Part shown: positions 31,981 through 41,301 of the stretch, one piece after another | How positions within the stretch are numbered: the first letter of the stretch is position 1 | Layout: each line of letters starts with the position of its first letter | NCBI GenBank assembly: GCA_000372185.1 | Contig: AQUA01000001.1 | Coordinates: forward strand, 94,055 to 158,054 | Reading direction: 5' to 3' | Source: an actinobacterium SCGC AAA278-O22 | GTDB taxonomy: Bacteria; Actinomycetota; Actinomycetes; Nanopelagicales; Nanopelagicaceae | Length of the DNA: 64,000 bases | The notes under the pieces: model-generated | What the model was told of the DNA's origin: nothing | The model's input: only the letters and a program-made list of their open reading frames with translations | The model's database searches: none | Translations under genes and position numbers: made by a program

Positions 31981-33057
31981 ATGACAAAGCGTCGTAACGC
32001 AGTAGCAGCGGTCATCGCATCAGCTGCTCTTGCTCTCACAGGCTTCGTTTCTGCTTCATCAGCATCAGCTGCTGGCACACAGGTTGGTGTAATCCTTCCT
32101 GATGCTGCTTCATCAGCTCGCTGGGAAACAGCAGACCGTCCATTCCTTGCAGCAGCATTCAAGGCAGCTGGCGTAACAGCTGACATTCAGAATGCAAATG
32201 GCGACAAGGCAAAGTTCGCAACAATCGCAGACCAGATGCTTGCTAAGGGCGTCAAGGTCTTGATCATGGCTGGACTTGATTCACCATCAACAGCTGCTAT
32301 TCAGGCAAAGGCTGCAAAGGCTGGCGTTAAGACAATCGACTACGACCGTCTAACTCTTGCTGGACAGGCTTCATACTACGTTTCATTCGATAACGTTTCA
32401 GTTGGAAAGCTTCAAGGACAAGGCATCAAGGATTGCCTCGATAAGGCTGGAAAGAAGAAGGCTTCTATCGTTTACTTGAACGGTTCACCAACAGATAACA
32501 ACGCAACACTCTTCAAGCAGGGTTATGACTCTGTACTTCGTCCATTGATCAAGTCAGGTGCTTACAAGCTCGTTGACGATCAGGCTGTTCCAGATTGGGA
32601 CAACGCTAAGGGTGGAGTTATCTTCGAACAGCAGCTCACAAAGGCAGGCGGAAAGCTTGATGCAGTTGTATCAGCTAACGAAGGTCTTGGACTTGCAGCA
32701 GTTGCAGTTCTCAAGAAGAACGGACTTAACGGCAAGGTTTGCGTATCAGGTCAGGATGCAACAGCAGACGGACTTGCAGCAATCCTTACTGGTGACCTTT
32801 CAAACACCGTTTACAAGGCTGTAAAGGCTGAGGCAAAGGGTGCAGCTGATCTTGCAATCGCATTGATCAAGGGCACAACGGTTACAAATGCAACAGGAAA
32901 GACAAACGATGGAAAGCGTGATGTTCCATCAGTTCTTCTCGTTCCAGTCGGAATTACAAAGGCTAACGTCAAGGTTGTCATCGCTGATGGCTTCCAGAAG
33001 CGCGCTGATGTTTGCAAGATTGCAACAGAAGCTGTTTGTAAGGCAAACGGTATCTAA
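31981..33057 (+). CDS. monosaccharide ABC transporter substrate-binding protein (XylF/ChvE-like)
   Basis: Signal peptide, RWETAD, YDRL, SFDN, GSPTDNNA, GQDA; codon usage looks strongly biased as for a highly expressed gene. Confidence 0.88.
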   Translation: MTKRRNAVAAVIASAALALTGFVSASSASAAGTQVGVILPDAASSARWETADRPFLAAAFKAAGVTADIQNANGDKAKFATIADQMLAKGVKVLIMAGLDSPSTAAIQAKAAKAGVKTIDYDRLTLAGQASYYVSFDNVSVGKLQGQGIKDCLDKAGKKKASIVYLNGSPTDNNATLFKQGYDSVLRPLIKSGAYKLVDDQAVPDWDNAKGGVIFEQQLTKAGGKLDAVVSANEGLGLAAVAVLKKNGLNGKVCVSGQDATADGLAAILTGDLSNTVYKAVKAEAKGAADLAIALIKGTTVTNATGKTNDGKRDVPSVLLVPVGITKANVKVVIADGFQKRADVCKIATEAVCKANGI

Positions 33058-33084
33058 TTCATTAGATATCTAAGCTAATGCTTA

Positions 33085-33120
33085 CGAATCCGGCCCGGGG
33101 TTATCCTCGGGCCGGATTCG
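33085..33120 (+). terminator. GC-rich stem-loop after the SBP gene (terminator or mRNA-stabilising hairpin)
   Basis: CGAATCCGGCCCGGGG-ttat-CCTCGGGCCGGATTCG. Confidence 0.7.
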
Positions 33121-33165
33121 CATTACCTAGTTATTTTTATTTGTAACTTTTACCGAGAGGCGCTC

Positions 33166-33915
33166 ATGAGCACACCGTTGCTATCGCTCAAAGGAATCAA
33201 TAAATCCTTTGGTCCAGTCCACGTATTAAAAGATGTCAACTTCGACGTTTATCCCGGACAAGTAACAGCACTTGTTGGCGATAACGGTGCAGGTAAATCA
33301 ACTCTCATCAAATGCATCGCAGGTATCTACACACCTGAAAGCGGCGAATTTATCTTTGAAGGTCATAACGTCACTATCGATGGACCTCGAGCTGCCACTG
33401 CGCTCGGCATCGAAATTGTGTATCAAGATCTCGCTCTGTGCGACAACCTCGACATTGTTCACAATATGTTCCTTGGTCGCGAAGAGAAGAAGGGCGTCAC
33501 CCTTAACGAAACTTCCATGGAATCACTCGCTCGCAAGACCCTCGATGGTCTCAATGTCCGCACAGTGAAATCCATTCGCCAGACTGTTTCCTCACTTTCA
33601 GGTGGGCAGCGCCAAACCGTTGCAATCGCGCGCGCTGTGCTGTGGAACTCTAAAGTAGTTGTTCTCGACGAACCGACCGCAGCACTTGGTGTTGCCCAGA
33701 CTGAACAAGTGCTCAATCTTGTGCGTCGTCTTGCAGATAATGGTCTTGCAGTTGTTCTTATTAGCCACAATCTCAATGACATCTTCCAGGTCGCAGATAA
33801 CATCGCTGCTCTATATCTTGGAAATATGGCTGCTCAGGTAAAGAAATCTGATGTCACCACTAACCAAGTTATTGAATTGATTACGACTGGTAAATCTGAA
33901 GGAGTAACAAAGTAA
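33166..33915 (+). CDS. sugar ABC transporter ATP-binding protein
   Basis: GDNGAGKST, LSGGQRQ, LDEPTAALG. Confidence 0.92.
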   Translation: MSTPLLSLKGINKSFGPVHVLKDVNFDVYPGQVTALVGDNGAGKSTLIKCIAGIYTPESGEFIFEGHNVTIDGPRAATALGIEIVYQDLALCDNLDIVHNMFLGREEKKGVTLNETSMESLARKTLDGLNVRTVKSIRQTVSSLSGGQRQTVAIARAVLWNSKVVVLDEPTAALGVAQTEQVLNLVRRLADNGLAVVLISHNLNDIFQVADNIAALYLGNMAAQVKKSDVTTNQVIELITTGKSEGVTK

Positions 33916-35138
33916 TGAGTACTCAGACAACTTTAGAGAAAGAGACTCTCAAGGGAGCAGCCTCTAACTACCTTTCACGAGTGAAAGCCGGAGATATCGG
34001 ATCTCTTCCTGCAGTGCTCGGACTCATCTCATTAGTTGCAGTATTCGGTGCGATGTCAGAGTTCTTCCTCACTAATCGCAACTTTGCAAACCTTCTGACT
34101 CAAGCAGCGCCAGTGATGGTGATTGCGATGGGTCTTGTATTTGTTCTCCTTCTCGGAGAAATTGATCTATCCGCAGGGTACGCCTCTGGTGTGTGTGGTG
34201 CGGTGCTCGTCCTCCTTGTTACCAACCATGGATGGAGTTGGTACACAGCACTTGGTGTGAGCATTGCCATCGGCGCACTGCTTGGAACTCTCATCGGAAC
34301 TCTCGTATCTAGACTCGGAATTCCATCATTCGTTGTCACACTTGCAGCATTCCTTGCCTTCCAAGGCGTTCTTCTCCTTCTCGCTGGAGAAGGCGGAACT
34401 ATTCCTATTGCTGATAAGACAATCTTGGCTGTCGAAAATAGCAACCTCACTCCAACTCAAGGGTGGATTCTTTGGGCAGTAACGTCGGTGCTCTACGTTG
34501 TCAGCGGACTTAATCGCATCAATTCCCGCCGTAAGGCTGGTTTAGTTGTCGAATTGACCCAACTCTGGGCGATGAAGACTGCAACGCTCCTATTGATTAC
34601 AGGCCTTGCAGTCTATGAATTAAATCAAGAGCGAGGATTATCAGCTGCAAATAGCACCAAAGGCGTTCCTATCGTTGCCCCGATGATTCTCGTGATTCTT
34701 GTTGCCGGAACTTTCTTACTCTCTAGAACTGCATTTGGCCGACACATTTATGCCGTGGGTGGAAATGCAGAAGCTGCACGTCGTGCAGGTATTAATGTGA
34801 AGCGCGTTCGCACAGTTGCTTTCGTGCTCTGTTCTTCACTCGCTGCAATTGCAGGAATGCTCTTTGCATCTCGTATGAACTCAATCTCTCCATCAACCGG
34901 TGGATCGTCAACTCTTCTCTATGCAGTAGGTGCTGCTGTGATTGGTGGAGTTTCACTCTTCGGTGGAAAAGGTCGCATGCGCGATGCAATTCTCGGAGGA
35001 CTCGTTGTTGCAGTCATTGATAACGGCATGGGTCTGCTTGGTTATGGTGCAGGAATTCAATTCCTCGTTACAGGTGCAGTGCTTTTGGTTTCAGCTGGAG
35101 TCGACGCGATTTCACGTCGCGGTGCTCTCGCCAATTAA
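33915..35138 (+). CDS. sugar ABC transporter permease (XylH-like)
   Basis: GEIDLS, IPSFVVTL, YAVGGNAEAARRAGI, AVIGGVSLFGG. Confidence 0.92.
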   Translation: MSTQTTLEKETLKGAASNYLSRVKAGDIGSLPAVLGLISLVAVFGAMSEFFLTNRNFANLLTQAAPVMVIAMGLVFVLLLGEIDLSAGYASGVCGAVLVLLVTNHGWSWYTALGVSIAIGALLGTLIGTLVSRLGIPSFVVTLAAFLAFQGVLLLLAGEGGTIPIADKTILAVENSNLTPTQGWILWAVTSVLYVVSGLNRINSRRKAGLVVELTQLWAMKTATLLLITGLAVYELNQERGLSAANSTKGVPIVAPMILVILVAGTFLLSRTAFGRHIYAVGGNAEAARRAGINVKRVRTVAFVLCSSLAAIAGMLFASRMNSISPSTGGSSTLLYAVGAAVIGGVSLFGGKGRMRDAILGGLVVAVIDNGMGLLGYGAGIQFLVTGAVLLVSAGVDAISRRGALAN

Positions 35139-35211
35139 GGCTGTATTAGTTAGTCAATCGCACGGATTTGTTGCATTGGCCAAAGACGCGTAGCCTTTGC
35201 CTGCAACTCCA

Positions 35212-35293
35212 GCGGGAGTGGTGAAATGGCAGACACGCAAGTCTTAGGAACTTGTGCTTCGGCGTGCGGGTTCAAGTCCCGCCTCCCGCACCA
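35212..35293 (+). tRNA. tRNA-Leu(TAG)
   Basis: GCGGGAG/CTCCCGC acceptor stem, anticodon arm CAAGT-CTTAGGA-ACTTG, variable arm, GGTTCAAGTCC, encoded CCA. Confidence 0.95.
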
Positions 35294-35305
35294 GAAGGAA
35301 CAGTG

Positions 35306-35638
35306 ATGGCTAAACAATCTCCAGCAAAAGCTAAGAAGCTTCGTGGCGAAGCTATGCGCGCTGCGGCAGAGCGCCGGGCAGCACGCGCAGCATCTCAATG
35401 TGAAGTAACTCGTGGCGAGGTCGATCTCGATGCCTATGCCGAAGTAGATGGCGTCTGGCGCGAACTAGGCCTTGCTGCCCCAGCCCGACGAGCCCTTATC
35501 GATGATGGTTATTACAAGTTAAGTGATTTAAGAAAAACATCACTGGATGCCATCAAAGAACTCCATGGCATGGGTCCCAATGCGATTCGCATCCTCACTA
35601 GTGCGATGAAAAAGGCTGATTTATCCTTCCGAAAGTAA
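35306..35638 (+). CDS. small basic helix-hairpin-helix protein resembling RNA polymerase alpha-CTD
   Basis: LAAPARRAL...ELHGMGPNA. Start moved to ATG 35306 because the listed ORF start lies inside the tRNA. Confidence 0.7.
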   Translation: MAKQSPAKAKKLRGEAMRAAAERRAARAASQCEVTRGEVDLDAYAEVDGVWRELGLAAPARRALIDDGYYKLSDLRKTSLDAIKELHGMGPNAIRILTSAMKKADLSFRK

Positions 35639-35741
35639 TACTTTCCGATCACTTTCTAGCGCAAATAGAGATGCAAGTAATTCGCAAAGAAGATTCAAAG
35701 GCGATTTTTCATTTTTAATTATTGCGGTTAATATTTCGCTC

Positions 35742-35846
35742 GTTCACGAGTTCTACGTATTAGCCCCGGCTTAGTAGACGGCAACCCTCCACCGCGGTGG
35801 GGTGCTCCGGGTGACGAACAGGTCAGTTCACTGGCAAGCGCGAATT
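35742..35846 (+). promoter_or_regulatory. SAM-IV riboswitch
   Basis: GTTCACGAG...AGCCCCGGCT...GGCAACCCTCCACCGCGGTGGGGTGCTCCGGGTGACGAAC...GCAAGCGCG matches the recalled SAM-IV consensus; directly upstream of a methionine-pathway gene. Confidence 0.88.
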
Positions 35847-35904
35847 TCAATGATGAAAATTTCGCACACGCTAACGATTGACACCTACTGCGATGGAGAA
35901 ATAA

Positions 35905-37218
35905 ATGTCTAACAATTGGTCTTTTGAGACTCTACAAATTCATGCAGGTCAGACTGCAGATCCCACAACAGGTGCGCGTGCACTTCCGCTGTACCAAACA
36001 ACAGCATATGAATTCCGCGATACAACACACGCGGCAAATCTCTTTGGTCTTGCCGAACTCGGCAATATCTACACCCGCATCATGAACCCAACTCAGGATG
36101 CAGTCGAGCAACGCCTTGCTGCACTTGAAGGTGGCGTCGCTGCACTGCTTCTTGCATCAGGATCTGCTGCAACAACATTTGCGATTCTTAACGTCGCAGA
36201 AGCTGGAGACCATATCGTCTCAAGCCCAAGTCTCTATGGCGGAACCTACAACTTATTCCACTACACACTTCCAAAGTTCGGTGTGGAAGTTAGCTTCGTA
36301 GATGATCCAAGTAATCCTGAATCATGGAAGAAGGCTGTTAAGCCAAATACAAAGGCGTTCTTCGGAGAAACAATCGCAAATCCAAAGAATGAAATCCTCG
36401 ACATTAAGACAATTGCAGATATCGCCCACTCTGTTGGCGTTCCACTGATTGTCGATAACACCGTTGCTACTCCATACCTCATCAAGCCAATCGAGTTCGG
36501 TGCCGACGTTGTTGTTCACTCAGCAACCAAGTTCCTCTCAGGCCATGGAAATGCAGTAGTCGGTGCAATCATTGATGCTGGAAAGTTTGACTATGCACAA
36601 CATCAAGATCGCTTCCCAGGATTTAATAAACCAGACCCTAGCTATCACGGCCTCGTCTTCTCGCAGGCACTTGGAGTTGGTTCTGCGTTTGGCGCAAATC
36701 TCTCTTACATCTTCAAGATTCGTCTCCAGCTTCTTCGCGATGTCGGAGCTGCTGTATCACCATTTAACGCATGGCTTCTTGCTCAGGGTCTAGAAACTCT
36801 CTCACTGCGCATTGAACGCCATATCGAAAATGCTAAATCAGTTGCTACATGGCTGGAAGGACACCCAGATGTTGAGAAGGTGAACTACGCAGCTCTCAAG
36901 TCATCACCGTGGAATGCACTTGCAACCAAGTACGCACCGAAGGGGCCTGGTGCAGTCTTGTCATTTGAACTCAAGGGTGGCGTTGAAGCAGGAAAGAAAT
37001 TTGTTGAATCTCTTCAACTCTTCAGCCACGTTGCAAATATCGGAGATGTTCGCTCATTGGTTATTCATCCAGCTACAACAACTCACTCTCAGCTCTCACC
37101 AGCTGAGCAGCTAGAGGCTGGAGTTACACCAGGTCTGGTCCGCTTGAGTCTTGGATTAGAAAATATCGATGACATCAAGGCAGATCTTGAAGCAGGTTTC
37201 AAAGCTGCCAAAGGTTAA
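35905..37218 (+). CDS. metY: O-acetylhomoserine/O-acetylserine sulfhydrylase
   Basis: GNIYTRIMNPT, VDNT, HSATKFLSGHG, ANIGDVRSLVIHPATTTH. Confidence 0.93.
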   Translation: MSNNWSFETLQIHAGQTADPTTGARALPLYQTTAYEFRDTTHAANLFGLAELGNIYTRIMNPTQDAVEQRLAALEGGVAALLLASGSAATTFAILNVAEAGDHIVSSPSLYGGTYNLFHYTLPKFGVEVSFVDDPSNPESWKKAVKPNTKAFFGETIANPKNEILDIKTIADIAHSVGVPLIVDNTVATPYLIKPIEFGADVVVHSATKFLSGHGNAVVGAIIDAGKFDYAQHQDRFPGFNKPDPSYHGLVFSQALGVGSAFGANLSYIFKIRLQLLRDVGAAVSPFNAWLLAQGLETLSLRIERHIENAKSVATWLEGHPDVEKVNYAALKSSPWNALATKYAPKGPGAVLSFELKGGVEAGKKFVESLQLFSHVANIGDVRSLVIHPATTTHSQLSPAEQLEAGVTPGLVRLSLGLENIDDIKADLEAGFKAAKG

Positions 37219-37466
37219 TTAATAAAGCTATAGACCAACAGAAGGCCGCCACATGTAATCACAATTGCTGTGGCGGCTTTTGTATGTAGCCACTTCTTTC
37301 CAGCATCAGTAAATGTGCTTGCAAGAAGTAGCGCGCCAGGAACAATGAGAATCAAGCTGTGGGTGAGTACTGAGGATTTACCAGTCTGATAGCGAAGGTT
37401 GATAAGACCAACGGCCAGCAAGAGGTAGCCAGCCATCCGAAAATTATTGATTCGCTGCATATTCAT
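37215..37466 (-). CDS. hypothetical small membrane protein
   Basis: Three hydrophobic segments; fills the gap between metY and the rhodopsin terminator. Confidence 0.55.
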   Translation of the reverse strand: MNMQRINNFRMAGYLLLAVGLINLRYQTGKSSVLTHSLILIVPGALLLASTFTDAGKKWLHTKAATAIVITCGGLLLVYSFIN

Positions 37467-37483
37467 AAGAAAAGAGTAAAGCA

Positions 37484-37511
37484 GAAGGGCGCCGGTTTCC
37501 CGACGCCCTTC
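37484..37511 (-). terminator. terminator hairpin after rhodopsin
   Basis: GAAGGGCG...CGCCCTTC stem followed by a T-rich run on the minus strand. Confidence 0.6.
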
Positions 37512-37529
37512 CCTAATTAATGTAGTTAA

Positions 37530-38291
37530 TTAGTGATCTGCTGGCATGCCTTCAGCATGTGACTTCATGCGAGCGATCTTCAAAATTGTGAGACCGAATA
37601 CGCACTTCGCGAGAATATCTGCGATTGTGTATCCAACCTGCACTCCTACGAATGATGATGCTGTTGGGTCACCGTTCATTCCGAGGATGTATGAAACTGG
37701 GTATACACCCCATGTAGCGATAAGAAGAAGACGCAAGCGTCCTACTGTCTCGCCTACGCCAGCTGGCTGACGATCCAATGACTTTCCAAGTTCTACGAAG
37801 AGAACATAAAGGATGTAAAGGAATGGGATTGTTGAGAGAACACCGTAAAGGATTGCTGTGTTCTTATCTGATGAAATTTCACCAGGATACCCGAGAGCGA
37901 TCATTGCAGCTGAAGCTGGAACGAGACGTGAGATAAGTGAGCTTGAAACTTCCTTGGCAAGTGCCAATACTGCAATAACTTCTACGAGTAGAAGTGGAAC
38001 AGTAAGAAGCCAGTCAACATAACGATATGCCTCGTTAAATGCGCCTTGGTCTCCTGAAACGTTTACTGCCATACCGTCTGATGCTTCATTAAATGAGTTG
38101 AAGATACGGAAATAGTGGTAGCCAGCAATGAATGTAACCATTGATGACATCACTAGAGCGTTACGGTACTTAGGTAGAACTCGTGACTGCGATACGAGGG
38201 TATAGACAGTGCAAGCGAGCATTGAGATCAAACCAAATGAAAAGATGTTATAAACAAGGTTCCATTGGTTATGGTCGAGTGTTACTGACAT
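37530..38291 (-). CDS. actR: actinorhodopsin (xanthorhodopsin-clade DTE proton pump)
   Basis: 7 TM; GYHY; RYVDWLLTVPLLLVE (D-T-E); GYPGE; WGVYP; retinal Lys in DILAK. Confidence 0.93.
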   Translation of the reverse strand: MSVTLDHNQWNLVYNIFSFGLISMLACTVYTLVSQSRVLPKYRNALVMSSMVTFIAGYHYFRIFNSFNEASDGMAVNVSGDQGAFNEAYRYVDWLLTVPLLLVEVIAVLALAKEVSSSLISRLVPASAAMIALGYPGEISSDKNTAILYGVLSTIPFLYILYVLFVELGKSLDRQPAGVGETVGRLRLLLIATWGVYPVSYILGMNGDPTASSFVGVQVGYTIADILAKCVFGLTILKIARMKSHAEGMPADH

Positions 38292-38519
38292 GTAGTAAGC
38301 CTCCGTGGGTGCTATATCAGTGCGAACCGGTTGGTTCGTAAGATCAAGAGACCATTGGAGTCCTCGAGGAGCTTCAGTGGTCCGCTGACAGATAAAGTGT
38401 GCGCTATTTGCAAAGGATTTGCACCGCTACTCTCCAGTTTTTTTACTTTTTTTTTCTCAAATCTGAGCGTAATCCCCTACCAAAATGGGGCAATTTCACC
38501 CTTTGGATACCCTTACCCC

Positions 38520-39731
38520 ATGCTCGGCCAGTTGCGTGACCTTCGAAGCCATCCGGGCTTTAGCAGTCTGGCCTTCTCGCGCTTCATCTCCAATCTGGGA
38601 AATGGCGTCTCCCCCATCGCACTTGCCTACGGAGTGCTCAGCCTTCCTGGAGCAACAGGAAAAGATTTATCCATTGTTATGGCAGCGCGCTTTGTTCCGT
38701 TGCTGGCCTTCATGCTCTTTGGCGGTGTCATCGCAGATCGTTTTCAACGTAATCGCCTGGTTGGCGGCAGCGATATGTTGGGTAGTGTTCTTGCAGCCAT
38801 CAGCGCAATTTCACTCATCGTTGGTTTCTCTAGTACGTGGTTGCTTGCCTTGATGGGCGCTCTCTTTGGAATTCTCAATGCGATTTGGTGGCCAGCGATG
38901 TCTGGTGTGCTTCCAGAAATTTTACCGAAAGAGAAATTGCAAGAGGGAAATGCAGTTGTGGGCTTGATGACCAATGTTGGCTACATCATCGGCACGCTCG
39001 GTGGAGGAATTCTTGTCTCTAACTTTGGGGCTGGTTGGGGTTTATTGGTAGATGCGATGAGTTTCTTTATCGCTGGAGTCATCGTGTGGAATCTTCCGCT
39101 CATTGGCAAGCTAAAAGATAAAAGTCCTGGAATCATTCATGACTTAATCGTTGGTTGGAAAGAATTTATTTCACGTTCGTGGGTAATCGCGATGGTGGTC
39201 TCATTCGCCCTCATCAATATGGCATTTGAATCCATGCTCTCGGTACTTGGCCCACTTAACTTTAATAATCCAATAACTGGACCTAAACAGTGGTCTTATA
39301 ACTTGGCTGGGTTATCACTGGGAATGTTGATTGGCGGAATCTGGATTCTCAAGGTGAAACTAGAAAGACCCCTGTACTTCGCCATGGTTTTGATTGCTCT
39401 CTCTGCAATCTGGGATTACACGCTTGCCTTTGACCTGCCTATGCCATGGACAGTGCTAGCCGCAGTATTTTCTGGAATTAGTCTCGAGGTCTTTATGGTC
39501 ACTTGGAATACTTCTTTGCAGAGCCATGTGCCAGAAGAGTCTTATTCGCGCGTGAGCTCCTATGACACTTTGGGATCCTTTGGAATTGCACCGCTCGGTA
39601 TCGTCATAGCTGGACCGCTCGCCATGCATTTTGGGGTCAACACGATTCTTTTCATCACGGGAACCACCACACTTGTTGCGGCTATCGCTTCTCTGGCTGT
39701 TTCCTCTGTTCGAAACCTCAGAAACGATTAG
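38520..39731 (+). CDS. MFS transporter
   Basis: About 12 TM, motif A GGVIADRFQR; start moved to ATG 38520. Confidence 0.88.
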   Translation: MLGQLRDLRSHPGFSSLAFSRFISNLGNGVSPIALAYGVLSLPGATGKDLSIVMAARFVPLLAFMLFGGVIADRFQRNRLVGGSDMLGSVLAAISAISLIVGFSSTWLLALMGALFGILNAIWWPAMSGVLPEILPKEKLQEGNAVVGLMTNVGYIIGTLGGGILVSNFGAGWGLLVDAMSFFIAGVIVWNLPLIGKLKDKSPGIIHDLIVGWKEFISRSWVIAMVVSFALINMAFESMLSVLGPLNFNNPITGPKQWSYNLAGLSLGMLIGGIWILKVKLERPLYFAMVLIALSAIWDYTLAFDLPMPWTVLAAVFSGISLEVFMVTWNTSLQSHVPEESYSRVSSYDTLGSFGIAPLGIVIAGPLAMHFGVNTILFITGTTTLVAAIASLAVSSVRNLRND

Positions 39732-39740
39732 GCTAATGAA

Positions 39741-40388
39741 GTGAGCACAGATTCAACTCAGCTGCCGCCCAAACTTCGTGGCTGGTTCCATTTAGGTGCT
39801 ACTCCTCTAGTCATCATTGCATCTCTCGTCTTATTTATCCTGAGTGGTGAATCTTTTAAATTAGCAGTCGCGCTCTACTCCATTACTGCAATTATGCTCT
39901 TTAGCGTCTCTGCGATTTATCACCGAGTACCTTGGATTCCGCGGAAGAAAAAAATATGGCGGCGCTGGGATCATGCAAATATCAATTTGTTGATTGCAGG
40001 TTCATACACGCCATTTGCAGTTGCTCTTCTTGATAGCCATGATCGCAATGTCCTGCTGGCAATTGTCTGGACAGGTGCACTTCTTGGTGTAGCTCTCCGA
40101 GTTTTTTGGGTCAGCGCCCCGCGCTTTCTCTATGTTGCGAACTATCTTCTACTTGGTTGGGTTGCCATCATCTACACACCTCAGCTCTACAAAGAGGGTG
40201 GGCTATGGGTGATACTGCCAATTATTATCGGAGGATTGCTCTACTCGATTGGCGCAATCTTCTATGCACTCAAGCGCCCCGGGCGAAATGCGAAGTACTT
40301 TGGCTTCCACGAGCTCTTCCATATCTTTGTGCTGGCAGCGTGGATTTCTCAATATTTAGCGGTCTCCTTCGCCATTTACCGAAAGTGA
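39741..40388 (+). CDS. hemolysin III / PAQR family membrane protein (TrhA-like)
   Basis: PKLRGWFH, SAIYH, DHANI..IAGSYTP, FHELFH. Confidence 0.9.
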   Translation: MSTDSTQLPPKLRGWFHLGATPLVIIASLVLFILSGESFKLAVALYSITAIMLFSVSAIYHRVPWIPRKKKIWRRWDHANINLLIAGSYTPFAVALLDSHDRNVLLAIVWTGALLGVALRVFWVSAPRFLYVANYLLLGWVAIIYTPQLYKEGGLWVILPIIIGGLLYSIGAIFYALKRPGRNAKYFGFHELFHIFVLAAWISQYLAVSFAIYRK

Positions 40389-40450
40389 CTTAATGCCCTA
40401 ATCTTGGGCTCTCGCACTAGATCCCCGAGCACTTGATTGAGAGTTTCACG

Positions 40451-41296
40451 ATGGCAGAGAAGAACTTCCGTAACTGGGTAGGTTTTCGCGACGAATCAGA
40501 GCGCGCACCTATTGCCAATCCTGTCGATCGCATCCGTGAACTCGAATCACAATTAGCCGATCTTAAATCTCGCCGCGATATCACCGGTTTAAGTCGCGAA
40601 GAATTTGAAATTCTTGCCACTGAAACTGCGATGGCAATGATCAAATCTGCGCAAGCCCGTGAAGCCAAGGCCACCGCGGCAGCAGATCGATTAATTAACG
40701 AGACTAACCGAACAGCAAAAGATACTCTCGAAGGAGCTGAGAATAAGGCCCGCAGTATTCTTGCAGGAGCTGAATCTCGTGGCCGCAAATATATTTCAAC
40801 TGCCGAAGCTGAAGCTGCTGAAATTGTTCGTGATGCCACACGCGAAGCTACTTCTGTAGCAAATGCAAAGATTGCCGAAGCAGAATCTGCAGTGGATGCC
40901 AAGCGCCGTGAAGCAGTTGCACTGACTACTGCAGCTCGCCGCGAAGCAGAGAGAGTGATCTCTGAAGCTGCTGAAAACGTTGTCGAATACCGCGCCTGGC
41001 TTGCAGATATCATCACAGAATCCGAACGACTCTATCGATCTCAATCGACCGCGCTCTCTGCAGCTGAAGCTGCGATTGCAGCTTCTCGCGAAAAATTGGA
41101 TTCAGCTTTTGCTCGACTCAGCAAGATGCAGGCAGTTGTCGATAATTCACTCAATGAAGATGGCACGGTTAAAAAGACTGCGCCAATTCGCATTGAGAGT
41201 AAGCGCACACGCACTGCAATTGCAGCGCCAAAGAAATCTACAAAAGCGCCTGCCAAGAAAACAACCGCTAAGAAAAAATCAGCAAAGCGTAAGTAA
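40451..41296 (+). CDS. coiled-coil protein (DivIVA/FilP-like) with Lys-rich tail
   Basis: Long Ala/Glu/Arg heptad-like region; C-terminal KKSTKAPAKKTTAKKKSAKRK. Confidence 0.65.
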   Translation: MAEKNFRNWVGFRDESERAPIANPVDRIRELESQLADLKSRRDITGLSREEFEILATETAMAMIKSAQAREAKATAAADRLINETNRTAKDTLEGAENKARSILAGAESRGRKYISTAEAEAAEIVRDATREATSVANAKIAEAESAVDAKRREAVALTTAARREAERVISEAAENVVEYRAWLADIITESERLYRSQSTALSAAEAAIAASREKLDSAFARLSKMQAVVDNSLNEDGTVKKTAPIRIESKRTRTAIAAPKKSTKAPAKKTTAKKKSAKRK

Positions 41297-41301
41297 CTCT
41301 G

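Noticed and set aside
35212-35740. Genomic island integrated at tRNA-Leu
   Set aside because: No integrase and no duplicated tRNA 3' end seen downstream.
40417-41016. 199-aa minus-strand ORF
   Set aside because: Antisense to the Ala-rich coiled-coil gene; stop-poor because of codon bias.
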